Notes under the pieces: generated by a model | What the model saw: only the letters and a program-made list of their open reading frames with translations | What the model was told of the DNA's origin: nothing | Database searches by the model: none | Assembly (NCBI GenBank): GCA_965368975.1 | Contig: CBDUPA010000004.1 | Span: forward strand, 64,001 to 128,000 | From: an uncultured bacterium | Lineage (GTDB): Bacteria; Acidobacteriota; Thermoanaerobaculia; Multivoradales; JAHZIX01 | Reading direction: 5' to 3' | DNA: 64,000 nt | Shown here: positions 58,825 to 64,000 of the stretch, in pieces | Numbering within the stretch: position 1 is the first letter of the stretch | Layout: every line of letters starts with the position of its first letter | Position numbers and translations under genes: made by a program

Positions 58825-59702
58825 GACGTTCAGGTCTGGGTAGGACGGCAGGACGTATGACTGTCCTCGCGCTCGCCCTCACCCTCGCCTGCCAGCCTTC
58901 GCCGCCCACGACCGATGCCATCGCACAGATCGGTCAGGACGATATCCCGTACTCACGCTTTCGCGAGTATCTGGAGCACAATCTGGGCGGTGAAGACGTC
59001 GACGTCAGTGCCACCGTACAATCGCGGATGCTCGACGGTTTGTTGCAGGAGGAGCTCTTGCTGCGCTTGGCCCAGGATGAAGGCTTGATTACCGAGCAAG
59101 CGGCGTACCGACTGGCTGTCGAGGCTTTGCTCGAGCGCGAAGTGCCGGAGATCTTGCCGGAGACCCTTGTGCGCGGGTACTACGATGCCCATCGGGCCGA
59201 GTTCGAGCGTCCGGAGCGCCTGCACCTGCGCCAGGTCCTGGTCGAGGAGCGGGCACAGGCAGATGCGGCACTGCAAGCCCTGCGCGGCGGCAGCGACTTC
59301 GCCGAGGTGGCGGCGGAGTACTCGATCGATCCGAGTGGTCCTTATGGCGGTGACCAAGGTGAGCTGGGGCGCGAGGATCTGCCGCCCGACTTTGTGGATG
59401 CGGTGTTCGCGCTAGAAGTGGGCCAGATCAGTGATGTCTTCACCACCGACTACGGCTTTTTCATCTTCCAGATCACCGATCGCCAGCCGGCGCAGCGCAT
59501 GTCGTTCGGGCAGGTCGAGCCAGAGATCCGGCGGCGGCTGCGCGAGCAGCGGCTGGCCGAGGGGCTGGTTCGCCTGGTCGAGCGCGCCAAGGGGCGCTAC
59601 AATGTCCGCTTGTATGAACAGAATCTGCCTTTCGACTATCGAGGTCCCTACCGTGATGAACCGTCTCCCAGCTCCGCGACAGCCCCTCCGAGCCAACCCT
59701 AG
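58821..59702 (+). CDS. PpiC/parvulin-type peptidyl-prolyl isomerase lipoprotein
   Basis: Lipobox TLAC; PERLHLRQVLV, FAEVAAEYSID, GGDQG, GQISDVFTTDYGFFI. Confidence 0.85.
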   Translation: MRRSGLGRTAGRMTVLALALTLACQPSPPTTDAIAQIGQDDIPYSRFREYLEHNLGGEDVDVSATVQSRMLDGLLQEELLLRLAQDEGLITEQAAYRLAVEALLEREVPEILPETLVRGYYDAHRAEFERPERLHLRQVLVEERAQADAALQALRGGSDFAEVAAEYSIDPSGPYGGDQGELGREDLPPDFVDAVFALEVGQISDVFTTDYGFFIFQITDRQPAQRMSFGQVEPEIRRRLREQRLAEGLVRLVERAKGRYNVRLYEQNLPFDYRGPYRDEPSPSSATAPPSQP

Positions 59703-60894
59703 TCCCAACCCGTGGGCTCACCGCGGTGTGCGGATCCTACTGGCGGCGGTGCTGTGTCTCCCCGCCGTGCTGATGCCGCGTCCGGCCGAGGCCGAGGTGA
59801 TCAACGAGATCGTGCTGCGCATCAACGATCGCTTCGCCACGCTCTATGACTATCTGGAGCTGCGCGGTGAGATGCGTATGGACCTCCTGCGCAGCGACAT
59901 CGCGCCCGAGGAGCAGGCGCGGCGCCTGGGACAAGTGCCGCAGATGGTGATGCGCAGCATGTTCCAGGACATGTTGCTGCTCTCTCGCGCCGACCAACTC
60001 CAGGTCTTCGTGTCGCAGGAAGAGATCGACAACGAGATCCTGCGCATGCGCGCCGACTTCGGCATCTCCAGCGAGGACGAGTTCCTGCAGGCGCTGGCGC
60101 AGAGTGGCATCACGCTGGCCAAGCTGCGCCAGCAGGTCGAGAACAATCTGATGATGCGGCAGGTGATCGGACGCGAGGTGCAGAGCCAGCTGGAAGTCGA
60201 GGACGACGAGTTGCGCCGCTTCTATCGCGACAATCCAGACCTCTTCGAGGTCGATGAGCAGCGCCGGGCCAAGGAGATCGTCGTGCTCGAGAGCAGCAAC
60301 TTGGATGCCGACGGGCGACGGGTGCTGGCCGAGGGCCTCTACCAGAGGCTGACCGACGGGGAGAGCCTGGCGGCAGTGGTCGATGAGTACGCGCCGGACG
60401 GCCGGGTGAGCAGTGTCATCCACCTGGATTGGGTCAACCCGGGGGATCTCGACTCGGCGCTCGAGGGCGCGCTCTGGGACCTGAGTCCAGGCCAATACAG
60501 CCGGCCCGTGAGTGCCCGTGGCGGCCTGCACATCCTGCAGTTGCTGGATGTCAAGGAAGCCACGATGCGGCCTTTCGACGAGGTCAAGGATTGGATCCGC
60601 GCCAACCTGCAGAATGAGCGCTACAGCGAGATCTTCGCTGACTACGTGCGCGACTTGGAACAGACGGCGTACATCGTTGACCAGGCGCCAGAAGAGGCCG
60701 CGGGCTACCGCACGGAAGCGCCGCAGGGGCCGGTGACACGGGATCCGTTCCAGATCCGCGGAGAGGACGCGAGCGGTCGCTTGACGCCGCCTGCCGCAAT
60801 CGAGCCCGCCCCGATCGAGCCAGCTCCAGGCGAGCCCGCTCCAGCGCAGGAATCCGCTGCCGACACCGAAGATGCCGGCAGCGGAGGCCGCTGA
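59656..60894 (+). CDS. SurA-like periplasmic chaperone/PPIase
   Basis: Signal peptide, EVINEIVLRIND, SurA N-domain helices, parvulin segment PGQYSRPVSARGGLHIL. Confidence 0.8.
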   Translation: MNRLPAPRQPLRANPSPNPWAHRGVRILLAAVLCLPAVLMPRPAEAEVINEIVLRINDRFATLYDYLELRGEMRMDLLRSDIAPEEQARRLGQVPQMVMRSMFQDMLLLSRADQLQVFVSQEEIDNEILRMRADFGISSEDEFLQALAQSGITLAKLRQQVENNLMMRQVIGREVQSQLEVEDDELRRFYRDNPDLFEVDEQRRAKEIVVLESSNLDADGRRVLAEGLYQRLTDGESLAAVVDEYAPDGRVSSVIHLDWVNPGDLDSALEGALWDLSPGQYSRPVSARGGLHILQLLDVKEATMRPFDEVKDWIRANLQNERYSEIFADYVRDLEQTAYIVDQAPEEAAGYRTEAPQGPVTRDPFQIRGEDASGRLTPPAAIEPAPIEPAPGEPAPAQESAADTEDAGSGGR

Positions 60895-60904
60895 AGGACG
60901 ACGC

Positions 60905-61474
60905 TCAGGAGCTGAAGGCGGCGGCCAGGCGGTCGAGGGTCTCCTGTTCGGACGGAGACACCTTGTTGCCAAGCCCCAGGATGCCGCCGGCAGCCTCGGC
61001 GACGCGGCGCGCGCGAGCCATGATGCGGTCGCGCAGGTCGTGCGCCGCGGCAGGGTCGAGGCTGGCGCACAGGCCGACGACGTAGTAGTGCCAGGCCTCT
61101 AGCATTGCCGGCTGCGGGGGGTGCTTGAGCCAGGTCTGGAGCAGTTCGTGGCTCGGGCTGTCTGCTTCGACCCCGGACTCGCTGGCGGCTTCCAGGATGG
61201 CGTCTCGCTCTCGCTCCTGGACGGTGCCGTCCGCCCAGGCGACTTCCAGCAGGGGAATGAGAGTCAGGGCGAGGATGTGCTCGGCATCCATCCCGAGGTC
61301 GAGGATGTGGTCCAGAGCCTCGTCTTGCTCGATGCCGGTGATCTGGGTCAGCAGCTTCTTTTGCTCCTGACGCTCGGATTGCTCGCGCAGCTTCTGGAGC
61401 AGGATCTCGTCCTGGTGGGCGAAGAACATATCTTCCAGCGCTTTGCCGCGCTGACGGAGGTTGTCGGTGCTCAT
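60905..61474 (-). CDS. Conserved hypothetical protein, TerB-like fold
   Basis: RGKALEDMFF..D..LLQKLR; PLLEVAWADGTVQERERDAIL, VAEAAGGILGLGNKVSPSEQ; GGAGAG RBS before ATG 61474. Confidence 0.75.
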   Translation of the reverse strand: MSTDNLRQRGKALEDMFFAHQDEILLQKLREQSERQEQKKLLTQITGIEQDEALDHILDLGMDAEHILALTLIPLLEVAWADGTVQERERDAILEAASESGVEADSPSHELLQTWLKHPPQPAMLEAWHYYVVGLCASLDPAAAHDLRDRIMARARRVAEAAGGILGLGNKVSPSEQETLDRLAAAFSS

Positions 61475-61611
61475 GGATCTCTCCTGGGAGTTGGCGTCTG
61501 AGAATGACTTCGGGACGGTGTGCAAACCACTTGCGTGGTCGGTCTCGTGCACTGGCCCCGAGAGAATGCTATCGCAGCCGGTTGCACGAACTGAACTCCT
61601 TCTGGGGCGAA

Positions 61612-61629
61612 GCAGTGGTATACCAGTGC
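61612..61629. promoter_or_regulatory. Palindromic operator candidate overlapping a -10-like element upstream of the efflux operon
   Basis: GCAGTGGTATACCAGTGC, 16 of 18 positions symmetric, perfect core TGGTATACCA. Confidence 0.4.
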
Positions 61630-61731
61630 TGAGAGGGGCGTTCCGCGCTGCTCGTCCGTGGCCTTTGGGGAGTCCACCCCGGAGTTTGTAACCTCGGCGA
61701 CCTTCGAGGGTCCATCGCAGGGAGGCTTGAT

Positions 61732-63123
61732 ATGCAGGGAAGCAAGCAAAAGCACCGAGAGCAGCGAAACGTCCGCAGGCGGTCCCCTTTGTCGGGAGCC
61801 CGCTTCCTGGGGATGGTACTGGTGTCGATGGTGTTCGCGATAGGTGCTCGAGGTTCTGAGGCGGGTACGCTCGAGCCTGCGGCAACAACCGACGAGCCCG
61901 CGGTAGAGCGGCTCAGCCGTACGTTGGCCGCGGTGGCCGAGAATGCGCCGGAGGTCGCGGCTGTTTATGACGAGGCTTCGGCGCAAGCCGCGATGGTCCG
62001 CGCCGAGGTCCACACGTTCGATCCATTCCTGGAGCTGCAGCGCGAAGGGATGGGCACGAACCTCGACGATCGACCCAACGCTGCCTTCTACGTGCGCCTG
62101 GGTACGACCTTGCCCCTGCCGGGGGAGAAGCACCAGCGTCGGCGCCTGGAAACTAGCCTCACCGAGTGGCTGCAAGCGCGCGGCATCGCGGAGAGCACGC
62201 GGGTCGTGGTCGCGGCGGGCGATATCTGGCTGCAACTGGCGGCGCTCGAGCAGCGCCAGGCTCTGCACAGTGAACGGCTGCGACGCCTTGAGCGGGCCCT
62301 GGAACTACAGCGCAAGCGCTTGGAGTTGGGGGAAGTTGCGGGGATCGAGGTCGTTCAACTCCAAGCCGAGCACGGTGCCGAGACGATCCGCTTGCGGGCG
62401 CTGCAAACCGCGGTGGCTTCTGCACGTGCTCAGCTGCGCGAACTGGCCGGTGACGGCATGGCGGTCATCGGCGCCAGTGACCTGGGGGCGCTGGTTTCGC
62501 AGCTACCACCCTTGCCGTCCTCTGCCGAGCTCGATCATCGACTGGTCGAGAGTCCGTTGCTGCGAGCTTCGCGCGCCGACGCCGAGAAAGAGCGCGACCT
62601 GGCGGATCTGCGCCGGACGCTGGCCTGGGGCCGACCGGAAGTGGATGTCGAGTGGGAGCGGATTCCGTCGATCGACGGTGGTACCTCGTTCACCGCTGTC
62701 GGTTTTCGCTTACACGTGCCGCTGCCCTTCGGTTCCGTGGGCCGCGAACGGCAGGCGCGGGCCGAATTCGAAGCTTCGGCGGCGACGTCCCGCCTGCATC
62801 AGGCTGAGCGTCTGCTGGTGCGTCGCTGGCGTGTGGCGCTCGAAGTGCTCGGCAGCGCCGCGTCGGCGCTGGACGTCATCGCGCCCCTGCTTGCGGACCT
62901 GCCAGCCGCCGAGCATTCTCTGGCCGAGCAGTTCCGGCTCGGTGCTATTTCCTACCTGGTGCTGCTCGATGGCATGCGCCGCCTGGACGAAGTCCGGCTG
63001 GCGGTCGTCGAAGCACGCCTTGATCTACTACGAGCTCGCCTGGAGGTCGCCGCGCTACTCGGGGACAGTACGTTGTTTCCCTTGCCGGTGCCGACCGCCG
63101 CGGTGTTGTCACCGGAGTTCTAG
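61732..63123 (+). CDS. TolC/CzcC-family outer membrane efflux protein
   Basis: Signal-like segment; repeats RLELGEVAGIEVVQ and QFRLGAISYLVLLDG; followed by an RND adaptor gene; start may be 61813. Confidence 0.8.
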   Translation: MQGSKQKHREQRNVRRRSPLSGARFLGMVLVSMVFAIGARGSEAGTLEPAATTDEPAVERLSRTLAAVAENAPEVAAVYDEASAQAAMVRAEVHTFDPFLELQREGMGTNLDDRPNAAFYVRLGTTLPLPGEKHQRRRLETSLTEWLQARGIAESTRVVVAAGDIWLQLAALEQRQALHSERLRRLERALELQRKRLELGEVAGIEVVQLQAEHGAETIRLRALQTAVASARAQLRELAGDGMAVIGASDLGALVSQLPPLPSSAELDHRLVESPLLRASRADAEKERDLADLRRTLAWGRPEVDVEWERIPSIDGGTSFTAVGFRLHVPLPFGSVGRERQARAEFEASAATSRLHQAERLLVRRWRVALEVLGSAASALDVIAPLLADLPAAEHSLAEQFRLGAISYLVLLDGMRRLDEVRLAVVEARLDLLRARLEVAALLGDSTLFPLPVPTAAVLSPEF

Positions 63124-63150
63124 CGAGCCTCGACGACAGGGAGATGTGTC

Positions 63151-64000
63151 ATGCGAGCAGTTTCACCTCAGTTCAACCTCTTCCTGCTCTTGTTTTTCTG
63201 CTGGCTTTCTGCGCTGCCGGTGGCGGCCGACCCGCCCGTACGCGAGGTGACCGTCAATCAGGCAGCACAGCAGCGGATGGGGCTGCGCACCGAATCGGTG
63301 CAGATCGGCAGCGTCGGCGACAGCGTCCGCATCGTCGGGCAGGTCACGCGCAGCCCTGGAGCTACGACCGAAGTACGCAGTGCGCTGGCGGGCCAGGTGA
63401 CCCGCGTGCTGGTCGCTCCCGGAGATGAGGTACACCGGGGGCAGATGCTGCTCGAGCTGCATTCGCACGAGTTACACGACCTTGAGGCCGATCTGCTGCG
63501 TGCCGCGGAGACGCTGCGGCGGGCTGAGCGCCGGTTGCAAGCCGGCCGGGAGCTGCTCGAGGTCCAGGGGATCAGCCGTCTAGAGGTCGAGGGCCGTGAG
63601 GAAGAGGTCAATCACGCGCGAGTCAGCTTGATGTTGGCGCAAGCGGAGCTGCACAGCCTGGGCCTGAGCGACGGCGAGATCGACTCGATCGTCAGGAATC
63701 AGGACCTGCGCATCCGCTACCGGGTGACGGCGCCCGCGGCGGGCACGGTGCTGGAGCTAGGTGTGCAGCCGCACACTTGGGTACAGAACTTCGAACCGCT
63801 GTTGACACTGGGTGATCCGAAACGCCTGGAATTGATGCTGCAGGTGTCGCCGGAGCAAGCAGCACGCGTGGCGCCCGGGGCGGAAGTGACCTTCCGGCCG
63901 GTCGGGCAGACCGGTGATCGTTACCTGGCGCACGTGCTGAGCCGCGTGCCGCAGGTGGATGCGGCAACCCGTACTGTCCGTGTGCGCGCGGCGATCGAGG
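63151..64000 (+). CDS. RND efflux periplasmic adaptor (CzcB/CusB-like), partial
   Basis: Manually translated from ATG 63151: MRAVSPQFNLFLLLFFCWLSALPVAADPP..QQRMGLRTESV..EVRSALAGQVTRVLVAPGDEVHRGQMLLEL..VTAPAAGTV..PQVDAATRTVRVRA; open to the window end. Confidence 0.88.
   Translation, partial: MRAVSPQFNLFLLLFFCWLSALPVAADPPVREVTVNQAAQQRMGLRTESVQIGSVGDSVRIVGQVTRSPGATTEVRSALAGQVTRVLVAPGDEVHRGQMLLELHSHELHDLEADLLRAAETLRRAERRLQAGRELLEVQGISRLEVEGREEEVNHARVSLMLAQAELHSLGLSDGEIDSIVRNQDLRIRYRVTAPAAGTVLELGVQPHTWVQNFEPLLTLGDPKRLELMLQVSPEQAARVAPGAEVTFRPVGQTGDRYLAHVLSRVPQVDAATRTVRVRAAIE

Overview
GC-rich bacterial chromosomal window with about 54 CDS. I found no rRNA, tRNA or CRISPR array. Gene content and style suggest Acidobacteriota, which is an inference only. 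Left to right it carries: a MoxR AAA+/VWA pair; a BtuFCD/FecBCD-type ABC importer followed by RdgC-like, degenerate DUF4268-nuclease-like and radical SAM genes; a GGDEF-EAL protein beside a tyrosine-recombinase N-terminal fragment; a fused 2-oxoacid dehydrogenase E1; a Ser/Thr kinase and a GAF-sigma54 activator; DoxX-like and ABC-F genes; a GTAG-type REP doublet; a waaA-lpxK LPS operon with two degenerate enzyme genes; an ECF sigma/anti-sigma pair heading a type II secretion/type IV pilus-like cluster whose secretin has a lipobox, TPR region and cohesin-like domain; a 14.8-kb redox operon; ACP plus a DUF374 acyltransferase; mfd with two PpiC/SurA foldases; a TerB-like gene; and the start of a TolC/RND efflux operon. 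The best candidate for an undescribed system is the tightly coupled minus-strand operon at 38573-53382: hemerythrin, korA, korB, an 844-aa PFOR-derived protein with a tethered ferredoxin, rnfB, a 1249-aa PFOR pseudoenzyme, then rnfCDGEA. An intact 2-oxoacid:ferredoxin oxidoreductase and an intact Rnf pump are interleaved with two large PFOR-fold proteins that appear to have lost their TPP and catalytic motifs but keep ferredoxin-type Fe-S motifs. All family assignments come from motif recognition by eye; no database search was run.
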